Of a DNA stretch of 64,000 bases, positions 53,200-64,000 are shown in pieces. Source of the stretch: Lama glama. Taxonomy: Eukaryota. The stretch is taken from contig CM052816.1 in the NCBI GenBank assembly GCA_028534125.1, positions 48,238,001 to 48,302,000 of the forward strand, written 5' to 3'. The position numbers were made by a program, and so were the translations under genes. Numbering within the stretch: position 1 is the first letter of the stretch; every line of letters begins with the position of its first letter. Below the pieces are notes generated by a model. The model was not told the DNA's origin, did no database searches, and saw only the letters and a program-made list of their open reading frames with translations.

Positions 53200-55325
53200 T
53201 CCACATCTTCTTTATCCATTCATCCATCAATGGACACTTAGGTTGTTTTAATGTCTTGGCTATTGTAAATAATGCTGCTATGAATATAGAGGTGTATACA
53301 TCTTTTTGAATTTTCCTTTGGATAAATACCTAGAAGTGGAATACCTGCATTTTATCGTAGTTCTATTCTTCATTTTTTGAGAAATCTCCATACTTTTTTT
53401 TATAGTGGCTGCACCAATTTATAGTTCTAACAACAATGTACCAGTGTTTTCTTATCTCTGCATTTTCTTAATTTGTTATTTCTACTCTTTTTGATAACAG
53501 CCATTCTAATGGGTATAAAATGATATCTCATTAAGGTTTTAATTTACATTTCCCTAATAATTACCAATCTTGAATATCTTTTCATGTGCCTGTTAGCCAT
53601 CTAAATGTCTTCTTTGGAAAAATGTCTGTTCAGATCCTTTGCCTATTTTTTAATTGGGTTGTTTGGTTTTTTGTTTTTGAGTTGTATAAGTTCTTTATAT
53701 ATTATCAATACTAACCCCTTATCAAATATATGATTTGCAAATATCTTTTCCTATTCAGTAGGATGTGTCTTTTCATTTTAATGATGATTTCCTTTACTGT
53801 GCAGGAATCTATTAGTTTAATGTAATCCCATTTGTTTATTTTTGTTTTCATTCCCCTTGACTTTGGAGTCAGTTTCACACACACAAAATGATGTGAATGA
53901 TGTTACCGCCTATGTTTTCTTCTAGGAATTTTCTAGTTTGAGGTCTTAGATTCAAGTGTTTAATCCATTTTGAGTTAAGTTTTGTGTATGATGTAAGATG
54001 ATAGCCTGGTTTTATTCTTTTGTATGTGGCTACAGTTTTCCCAACAACACTTAAGGAAGAGATTATCCATTTTTCCATTGTATGTTCTTTGCTCCTTTGT
54101 TGTAAATTAATTGTCCATATATGTATGAATTTATTTCTACACTGTTCCATTGATCCATGTCTGTTTTTGTTCCAGTATCATACTGTTTTTATTACTAGAC
54201 CTTCATAGTATAGTTTGAAATCAGGAGGCATTATATCTCCATCTTTGTTCTTCTTTCTCAAGATTGTTTCGGCTATTTGGGATTTTTTTGGTTTCCATAC
54301 AAATTTTAGAATTATTTGTTCTAGTTCTGTAAAATATGCCATTGGTATTTTAACAGGGATTGTATTGAATCTATAGATGGCTTTGGGTAATACCAATATT
54401 TTAACAATATTAATTCCTTAGTTGTATGTTGTTTAGTTTCTACATGTTTGCGCCTTTTCCAGTTGTCTTCATTAATTGATTTTTCATTTCACAGCGTTGT
54501 GGTAGCAAAAGATACTTTATATGATTTCAATCTTTTTAAATTTATTGAGACTTATTTTTTGGCCTAGCTTGTGATCCATCTGGAGCATGTTTCATGTGCT
54601 CTTGAAAAGAATGTGTATTCTGCTTTTTGTTGATGGACTGTTCTGTACATATCTATTTAGTCCATCTGATCTAGTGTGTCTTTTCTTTCAACCCATGAAC
54701 ACAGAATATTTTTCCACTTATTTGTGTATTCTTCAATTTCTTTCATAACAGTCTTATAGTTTTCAGTGTAGAGATCTTTCACCTCCTTGGTTAAGTTTAT
54801 TCCTAGATATATTATTCTTTTCAATGCATATGTAAATGGGATTATTTTCTTAATTTCTTTTTCAGATAGTTCATTATTAGTGTATAGAAATGCCATGGAT
54901 TTCTATGTATTGATTTTGTGTCCTGTGACTTGACTGAATTCATGTATTAGTTCTAACAGTTTTTTGGCAGTCTTTAGAGTTTTCTACATATAGTATCATG
55001 TTACCTGTACATAGTGATATTTATACTTCTTCCTCTCCAATCTGGATGCCTTTTATTTCCTTTTCTTGCCTAATTGCTATGGCTAAGACTTCCAACAAAG
55101 TGTTGGATTAAAGTGGTAAGAGTGGGCATCCTTGTTTTGTTCCTGATCTTAGAGGAAAAGTTTTCAGTTTTTCATAATTGAGAATGACGTTAGCTGTTGG
55201 TTTATCATATATGGCCTTTATTATGGTGAGGTACATTCCCTCCCTCTATACCCACTTTCTGGAGTTTTTACCATAAATCGATGTTATATTTTGTCAAATG
55301 CTTTCCTTAAATCTGTTCAGATGAT
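52785..55325 (-). mobile_element. 5'-truncated L1 (L1MA-like), ~2.5 kb, internally rearranged
   Basis: Minus-strand ORF pieces [46 protein letters not shown] and YTKLNSKWIKHLNLRP; 3' UTR at 52785-53150. Confidence 0.96.
53157..53197. repeat. (TG)n microsatellite within L1
   Basis: About 20 units, directly visible. Confidence 0.97.
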
Positions 55326-56275
55326 TAAAAATACTTTTGATAATAGTAGTAGCTGTCATGTTATTAACAATACTTTCTATTTAGTATATGACTGCATTGT
55401 GCTATTTATAATTACATTCACAACAATCCTATGAGATTGGTAAATTATTATTCTTATGTTTAAATACAGGCACAAGTAAACAAGACACTTTTCCCAAGTA
55501 CACATAGCTGCTATGCTCCATGTCTGTCTTCCTGCGCTCAAAATCACTCCAACCAGAATTTTATTTACATGCCATTATTTCCATTTCAATACTGAGTAGT
55601 AAGTCAGGGGTTTCAGAAAGAGGATAGTGTGGAATCCTTGTGTAATGGTTCTTCTCCAACTATGGTTCAAAAGAATACAAGAAATGGAAATTCTACTTGT
55701 ACGTCTAATGTGTTGCACAGCTCTCTTGAAAGAAACATATGTTGCTAAGTCAGATAAACACTGTTAATGTTGTTAAGTGTCCAACCTCTTTTAAAACCCA
55801 TAGCAGGGGTACAACAAACATGCATAAATAACTGAAATTTAGTGTGTAAAAAGATAAGGTAGGGACTTTAGAAACATTCAGAATATCTTCCCTCAGCATA
55901 CTATCCAAGGATATAAATTTTCAGTACTTCTTACTTCTATGTCAAAGCAATTCATTTAAGGCAGTTAAAACTAGTTCATAAAGGTGCTTATCACTAGTAC
56001 AGTTAGGGTTGAGAAGAACTGGAAAGACCTTCGAGTTCATGCACTTAACAGAAAGGAAGCTGACAATTTAAGCCACTTATGTAAGTCTTACATGTAGGGT
56101 GCTGATCCAGCATTAGAAACTGAGAATGTATGACAACTGCTATCTTGCTTAGCGTTTGCAAACAGCATGTCTGCTGCAGCAGAACTGGCTTATGCCCAGC
56201 TCCCATCCCTCTCCTCTCCATTGGCAGCCATTATTCTTGCACATCCTTCACTTTGGAAGGCTCCATATCATTATT

Positions 56276-56308
56276 AACAACAACAACAACAACAACAATA
56301 ATAATAAT
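56276..56308. repeat. (AAC)n(AAT)n trinucleotide repeat
   Basis: Directly visible. Confidence 0.93.
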
Positions 56309-57075
56309 TGTCACATTCAGCAGAAACACAGAGGAGTACATAGAGTTGATACTCTCAATTTCAAAAGAATTTTCCCCAAATCAGAGTTATGTCACATTGA
56401 TTAACAGGCATGAGCTTCAATCTGATATTGCCATTGATTGCCCTGCAGTTGCCTGTACTCTAGTAAAGGATTTCAATTTCCAGAATCTGTGCTCCACTTT
56501 TCACAAATTGAAAACTTATTCTACCTGGTGAAATAAAATGACAAGGATTTCTTCATTTCAATCCCTGATGTGACCCTGTATCCACTACTGTGCTTTCTTA
56601 AATATCAACTACATCATCTCATTTCAATTGGGTCAACTAGTACTGCTGACACAGTCTCACTCTATGTTTCAAATCTGAAAACTTTGCAGCTCTCCACTCT
56701 CTTCTTGTCCTAATCCATCATGACATTGTTTAACTGTATTTTTATTTTACTTAAATATAAGAATGATTTTAAGGAACACTTCATATATTTAATATTCCCA
56801 TAGGATGAGCTTTATTCACTGAATAAACAAAAAATATATGGAAATAAGACATTTCAGAGATTATAATTCTAAAATATGCTCATAAATCAGAGTTGTTTAG
56901 TACATTATTTTCTGGTCAAACCACTCAGTTGATACTGTGATGCTTCAATGAAAAAAAAAAGAGTAAAACTCATTTCTAGTACTCTCAGGCTGCTAAACAT
57001 TTATTTAGTCTCTAACGTCAGCAAGGTAAACCAGTTAACTTATTTCACAGTTCTATCACAAATCTCTTTGCAATT

Positions 57076-57266
57076 GAGTTATGAGATTTGACAAATAAAA
57101 CTTCAGAGTAACTCAGTTAAATCTGAATTTCAGGTAGAAAACATTTTTTTTTTCAGTGTAAGTCTGTCCTAAATACTACATGTGACATATTATACTGAAT
57201 TTATTTGTTGTTTACCTGAAATTTAAATTTAACTGGGAGGCCAGTATTTTATCTCTGGCAATCCTA
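57076..57266. mobile_element. MER53 palindromic hAT MITE
   Basis: 'agatttgacaaataaaa..cagttaaatctgaatttcagg' is mirrored by 'cctgaaatttaaatttaactggg..tattttta..ctggcaatccta'. Confidence 0.85.
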
Positions 57267-58772
57267 CTTTCTAGGCAATTCACGAAAAAAATTACTATAT
57301 ATATGGTGACATTCACTTTCCACTGTACCCTATCGTCCTCTTCTATGATAATAATCTTTGTAATTTAATACTTAAGGATGAATTAACTTAAAATTCAAAG
57401 CATATTTTCTTTCGTAGCTTTTGGAAATCAATCTTATTTGACTATTATGGCTATATTTTTGAGCACATTACTTAATAGCTACAACTGATTTAATCTGATC
57501 GAGCACATCAATTGCATTACCCATCTTTAAAAGATACAAAACTCAGGAAGTGATATGTGTTCTCTAGATTGCAAACTGCCTTATTATTTGAATTCTCTTG
57601 CTGTTGTTAAGAGTAGTTTTATAAATGGGAGGTCTGATATTTTTGGTCTTCAAATCTAAGTTCTTAACTACTTAGGAAGATCACCAAACTAATTTCTTAA
57701 CAAGGAGGAAAAGCCTGCTAGCAATATTCTTTTGGCTTTTAGAAGGTGGCATTACTCAGAAACTATTCAGAGAATTCTATCATATAAAGACCTTGAAATA
57801 TGCAGTTGCTAGGCTACTGTGTAGAAAAGAAGTGTGAATGATACTTACCTGTGCATGTAAAAAAATCAAAAATTAAAGCAATCAAATGGTTTTTAAGACA
57901 GCAGGATAAAGGCTATAATTTGCAGCCACAGGACTACTGTTAATAATTATTATGAAAACTAGAAATTTATAATTTATTTGGATAGACATGATTTAAGAAA
58001 TTTGCAAGTTAATACTGATTTGAGATCAGATTAAATATAATATGAAACAACAAAATATTTTTTCTGCTTTTTAAATCTTCTTTAAAACAGTATATAACAA
58101 TTTATACAGACTTTTATTAGAACTGAATTGCAATATAATTTAAGTGCAGCAAGCCAAAAGGAAGATCCGGTAAAGCACAAAATGAAACTTTGATGGAAAA
58201 AAAATTAACAAAGAGAGTGGGGATGAGTCAAAGGATAATCTCTTAGACTTACTTTCTGCTACACTTTTTTTGGGTAACTTCAGTTTATTTATCTGTTCCA
58301 ATTCCTACTAATGTTTTATTGCTATCTTTATAAGTCTACATTGAACACTATTTCTCCAGACATTTATCTGCCATTCTGATAAATCTGGTAATTCTCCTCA
58401 ACAATCCATGGCTCAAATTTTTCACCTACATTCCTTGGCAGTAACGTTGTCTTAAAGCAATTCTAAATTCAGAGATATTGATGTGTTGGAATGTATTCTT
58501 GCTCACCTTGTTAGTTCATCTAAAGCACAGTGAGCATTCAAAATTCAGAATTTATGCCATTCTAACAGAATTATATTATCTGTGTAAGTTACCGCAAAGG
58601 ACCCAGCCAATCACTGGAATTTCTGTTTTTGACATCTCCTCAAATATAGTCACTAAAATCAAGGCCACATATAATAAATACATAATCCATTAACATATTT
58701 TAAAAGTAATCTGTTATTAATTAGTTCCAAGAATCAAATGATCCTTACTGCTATTAATAGCCTTTTACTTAC

Positions 58773-59132
58773 TGTGTTGGACTGAATGTTTGCATCCCTT
58801 CCAAATTTTTATGTTGAAGCTCTAATACTCAATGTGGCTGTATTTGGAGATAGGGCCAGCCAGGAGATGATGAAAGTTACATGAGATTGTAAAGTGGGGT
58901 CTTAATCTGTAAGGGCTAATAGCTTTCCAAGAAGGGGAAGAGACGTCAGAGTTCTCTCTCTCTACCATGTGAGAACACAGTGAGAAGCCTCCCATCTGCA
59001 AGTCAGGCAAAGAGCTCTTACCAAAACTGACCATGCTGCTACCCTGATCTTGGACTTTACATGTCCAGAATTGTGAGAAGTAAACTTCTTTAAATGTAGT
59101 ATTTTATTGGGTAGCCCAAGCTAACTAAGACA
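58773..59132 (+). mobile_element. MLT1A/B MaLR solo LTR
   Basis: 'tgtgttggactgaatgtttg...gcccaagctaactaagaca'; 5-bp TSD cttac/cttat (58768-72, 59133-37). Confidence 0.92.
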
Positions 59133-60369
59133 CTTATTATGACATTTTTTTCTAATAGATATTTAAATAAATATTTTCCTAGAGATTTTCTTAAAAATTC
59201 TACAATGGCATAATTCTCCTAGTATATTACACACAACTTTCATCATCCTCCAACCATCTTACTCTTACCATTCCTTCTCTGACACATATACTTATTGAAT
59301 ATGTGTTTGAAATGTAGCTGAAGGGTAATTTCTTGAGTATTAAGCACTTTATCTTAAGAAACATCAGCTATACAAAACTTACCACTTCACTATATTCACA
59401 TGCTATTTAGAATAGGAGTAGTGTAAATGGTTTAACAGAAACAATTCTGTAGTTTACTGACATAATTCTTGTCCAGGTCTGTTATTCATAAAAAATTCAA
59501 TTGGAACACCCAGAATTCAGTGATCTCCTCAGGTTTGTGCATAGGAGAACGTGCTTGTACATCTTGGAGTAAAGACATGTCCCAATCTGAGGCAAGAAAT
59601 GTGGTCAAATAAGAAGTGACCTAGAATGTGGGATCTTGAAAGCAGCATAAAGCTTTTGTTTCCCAAATCATCTAGCCCAGCATCTCAGGCAGGGTGGGTG
59701 GCAATTTAATTCTTATTGAGTTAAACTAAATACATAGATATGCTAAATTTGGCTTGAGTCAGTATTACAGCAACAGGAAAGAAGGCTCGCAGTGAGATTT
59801 TCGCTGCAGGGCAATATTTTCTTGAGACTGCAGTGTCAATGGCAAGTGAGATACCTGCGCTATTGTTTCAACAACAATCTAGGTCTTTGCCATTGAGTTG
59901 ATTCCTGTTAAAGAAACTAAAAGCATTAAGCTTAGAGTTTGGAAGGACAAGGCACTGTTGTCACATCTCCACAGACCTAATAAAAGATGATCTGTCTTCA
60001 TCATTGAACCTGGCTAATGTATGCTTAAATTAAGGGTTGTGAGTTATTTCATTTGTAGAGAGATCAATCCCATTGTTTACCCTGTGTTGTTATATTTAGA
60101 AGTAGTTTCTTCTATTGAGTCTGCCTCTGCCTTTAGCAAAAAGGAAGCTAGCCCTGTGATTAGGGATTTACGCAATAGGTCACTGAACTGCTTATTTAAA
60201 CCTGTCAGCACTGATAATTATAATGCTTACATTGGCTCATGTGTATTTAAACAAGCCCAGGTATATCTACAAGGAGTCGAATAAGGTTACTTCAAAATAT
60301 ATATCCAGTTTCAGAAAGGCACCAATTTATATAGATATAAAAACTGCACTGCTTCAGCAGTTCAGACAT

Positions 60370-60570
60370 AGAAAAATGGTGAGGAGAAGCATGTCTAGAG
60401 TCAGGTTCACAGGCTGAATCCATTACATATGAGCTTCATGATATTAAATAATTTCTTAACCTTTCTGTGCCTCAGCTTCCACACATTAAAAGGAGAATAG
60501 TCTTAGTACCTATCTCATTGAATTGCCAATAGGTTATATCAGTCGATATTTATAAAGTGTTAAGAATTGA
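60370..60570 (+). mobile_element. MIR
   Basis: 'tctagagtcag..ctgaatcc..ttcttaacctttctgtgcctcagcttcc..tagtacctatctcat'. Confidence 0.8.
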
Positions 60571-61149
60571 TAGGAAGTAGTCTTGAAGTATTTCCCATAA
60601 GTTTGAAGTCATTGTCTCAACATAAATAATTATATGTGCTCAATTTTAAGTTCAACTAAATTCCATAAAATTATTCCAAGTATATTACAGTTTTTCTTTA
60701 CAAATAGCACTTCTACATTCTCTAAGGAAAAAAATTAAGTAACATGTAACATCATCACCTTATGTAAATGCATAATAATGATTGTTCTATCTCACTGAAT
60801 ACAATTAAATTAGATATTATAAAAACTTTCTCAGAAAAGTAAAAATATATCCATGATATTATATACATTAGGATACTACTATAATGTAATGTACTTCCTC
60901 ACTCCAGAAATTTAAAAGATTTGATAACACAGGATATCTGAATGTTACAGTGATAGTATATTTGTCAACTGTTATAAACTTAAAAACTAGGAAATATTCT
61001 AAATGATTACCTTTTAACTAAGTTTTAAATTGATAAATTATGAAATCATTTTTTAAAAGGTTCATTTCTTTCAATATTAACAGACCTCATGTACCTAGTA
61101 TTTAGATGTAAAATGTCTTCTTAGTACCATATTTGCTTTAAAATATTTT

Positions 61150-62430
61150 AAAATAAAAAACAAAATTTATAGAACTAGTTAAAGCATCTGCCTTATCTCA
61201 CTCTTCTTATCTTCCCTGCCTGAACCATTATCCTGAAGTTGTTTATTCTATGAATGATTATATATTTCATTTCCTATTTATGTACCCTAAAATATATAGC
61301 ACTATTCCATATGTTTAGAAAATTTCCATAATTGCTATTATACCATAAATATTATTTTACAATTTGCTATTTTCAGTCTTCAGTATGTTTTTGAGATTAG
61401 TCATCTTCGTACTCATAGCTATAGTTCATTCTTGTTAACTGTTTCACAGAGTACTACTATATGAATATACCAGTACCTACTTATTATCATATTGAAATTT
61501 GAAAGACATTTAAATTTTTCCAAGTTTTTGTCCTTGCAAAAAATACTACAATAAAAGATCTGTACCTGCCTCCAATATACACCATGAGAGTTGCACTAAC
61601 TAGGATTAGAATTGCTATGATGAATAAAATGTACATACAGTAGTCCCTCGTCTTCATGGGGGATAAATAACAAGAATCCCAGTGGATGCTTGAAACCTCA
61701 GATAGTACTGAACCTTATATACGCTTTGTTTTTTCCTATATGAATATTCAAGTGCAGTAGTGCATACAGCCTGGATATGCTGGACAAAGGGATGATTCAC
61801 ATCCCAGGTGTGACAGAGTGGGAGGACATGAGAATTCATTATGCTACTCAGAAAGGTAAGCAATTTAAAATTTATGAATTGTGGAATTTTCCACTGAAGA
61901 TTTTCAGACTGAGATTGACCTCAGGTAACTGAAACTGTGGAAAGCAAAACCAGGGATAAGGTTAGAGAGTATACTCTGCTTCTGTAAATTTCTTCTGTAT
62001 CTTTCATCCATGTTCCATTGAGTTCTTTATCTTTGCTCATGGAACTTTGAGAGTTTGGTTTGTTTAATTTTTAATAGTAGTTTAAATAAATTCTACGCTG
62101 GAATTAATTGCAAAACATTCTCCCTGATTTATTATTATAAAAAAATTTATTTTAACATTTTGAGATAAATCAACATTTTTTCCCCTTATGTATGCATGTA
62201 ATCCTTTGTTAAGAAGTCCTTATATAGGATCAGAAATACATTGTTTTGTTTTTATAGGTTGTTAAAATTTTGCTGTTTATATTTTCATCTTTAATCTATA
62301 CAGACATTACCGTTAGAATGATACCGGGAATCTATTTTCTTTTTTCCAGACGGCATCTACTTTTACCAGTACTGTTATTAAAGGGTATATCCTTTCTCTA
62401 CTGATTTTTAATAATATTCCTTTCATTTCA
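61150..62430 (-). mobile_element. Ancient L1ME-like 3' region, interrupted by MER44
   Basis: 'tatgtttttgagatt..catc', 'tagttcattctt', 'tatgaatataccag' and 'attagaattgct' are antisense L1ME motifs. Confidence 0.6.
61638..61978 (+). mobile_element. MER44A-like (Tigger7-derived) MITE
   Basis: TA then 'cagtagtccc', 'cccagtggatgcttgaaacc..gatagtactgaacc', 'gctggacaaagggatgattcacatcccagg' and 'ggtaactgaaactgtggaaagcaaaacc..ggataag'. Confidence 0.88.
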
Positions 62431-64000
62431 CACTAACTACTTACTCCTCAAAAAAGTGGCATATCCTTTTGCTGGCCAGGCTCATTCCAGATCTATTGCA
62501 GTATGTGGTCTGCATGGTATTGATATTTTGCTTTCATTGAAATGTGCTTAGTAACCTAGTACAGTTTTTAATACGTTAAAACCACTCATTTTTTGATTGA
62601 AGTGACATGTACTCTCTAAATACTGGGTGCATTATTTATGTTCATTAGATCAATCATCCAGGCTGATTTTTATTTAGTTTGCTTCTTCTCTATATTAGAT
62701 GAGAATTTAGAAGCACTTTTACACTATTTTTCATGTTTTATTTGCTTTGTCCGTAATTGTTATACTCTAAATAATGTAAAAGTCTATTTTAAGCCACATG
62801 TAATAAACCTTATACTAAATCCAATATTCAAAGAATAATAGTTATTTTAAAAATGACGTACCAGTATTAACATCCACCTGATATTTATCTACTTATCAAC
62901 ATATATTTAGAATTAAAATATATATTTTAAAAAACTACATCATTCAAAATAATGGAAAACTATAATCCTTCACCCCCAGCAAAGACTATTTTCAGCCATT
63001 GATTGGTTACCAAAACTGTATAGTATTCATCCTCTTATCCCACAGGTAAGCCCTTTTCCTCTAACAGTTCAGCTCTAATTCCTGTCATGCCCTAAAAAGC
63101 AGTGAACATGTGTACTTCAAACTGACACTTGTCAATGGGACACAGAACATTCTGTGTACAGAGGAATACACAAGCATTTGGGCTGGCAGTTGAGGTTATA
63201 TATTAGGAGAAAGTCTGCTGTGTCCTTGTGTGGAAGATCTCCAGCCATATTCTCTTCTCTCTTCTACAGTATTGGAGTCCACTGTCCTTGTGGGAGCCAG
63301 GGAACAGTGACATAAAAAACTACTCAGTTCGTTTTCAGGTGTTCAAAAAATGCCATCAGGAATTTGTCTCCTTTACTCAATTTCTCTGGTAATCTTTTCT
63401 CTATGTTGGCTGTATGCCTATGTGGGTTCTTCCCTTCTTCTGCATGCCAAGGAGAGAGGCAGAGACAGCTGTTTGGGTAGGGTATTTATTCCTTATATTT
63501 CATCTGTTCACATATCTTTTCCAATCACCAAAGGAGTGATATATGGGAGGCATACTACCTTAATATCTCCACATTGTATTAACATTTTCCCCAGGGGATG
63601 AGGTACTGACTTACTCAATGTCCCAGGAAGAAAGAATTTAATATGCCTAACTCAGTAAACTCTTTCATATCTGTCTACCACAGAAAAGGTTCATTCTAGT
63701 TTGTTCTCTTATTTTGTCATTATCTCACAGTGGCAGCCCCACTATTGGAGAACTGCAGACTAGTTGTACATAGGTTCCAATGCCTAGAAAGGTCAATCTG
63801 TCCAACTGTGAGACAGTACTAGCAAACCCATTCGGCTGCAGTGCAAAAGTCACACTGTTCAGACAGGTTTATCAGTAGTAAACTTGGAATACTGATCTTC
63901 ATTTCAATGTGTATAATGTCTTATTTTTCATTTAATTCTGAAACCTAAGGGAAGAAATTATATTTTATTTATTGGACCTTACTATTTTGAGAGTTACACT

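Noticed and set aside
56130..56531. 133-aa ORF
   Set aside because: Partly held open by the AAC/AAT repeat; no recognisable protein similarity.
57841..57851. ATACTTACCTG, identical to the U1 snRNA 5' end
   Set aside because: The following bases do not continue as U1 (GCAGGGG...), so it is not a U1 gene or pseudogene. It is treated instead as a minus-strand donor.

Overview
This is AT-rich, CpG-poor eutherian genomic DNA. It is most likely camelid, judging from a camelid-type tRNA-derived SINE and cetartiodactyl-style L1 3' UTRs. I found no credible protein-coding exon, tRNA or rRNA gene. The ORF track reflects microsatellites, decayed L1 ORF2 and Tigger1 transposase pieces, and chance ORFs. 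The window looks like a gene desert or part of a very long intron, filled with interspersed repeats: L1s of several ages, L2, MIR, MaLR/ERVL/ERV1 solo LTRs, a nearly full-length Tigger1, and hAT and Tigger MITEs. Repeat family names come from recalled consensus sequences and need RepeatMasker/Dfam confirmation. The best candidates for a second look are: (1) a minus-strand 3' splice site abutting a perfect 5' splice site (recursive-splicing-like) at ~57849, with a weaker plus-strand one at ~63045; (2) a pre-miRNA-sized hairpin at 16142-16203; (3) an L1 with an endonuclease-domain segment placed out of order inside the later part of ORF2; (4) a twin-primed, 5'-inverted L1 with a target-site duplication (TSD). 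I cannot support a new multi-gene system from this sequence.
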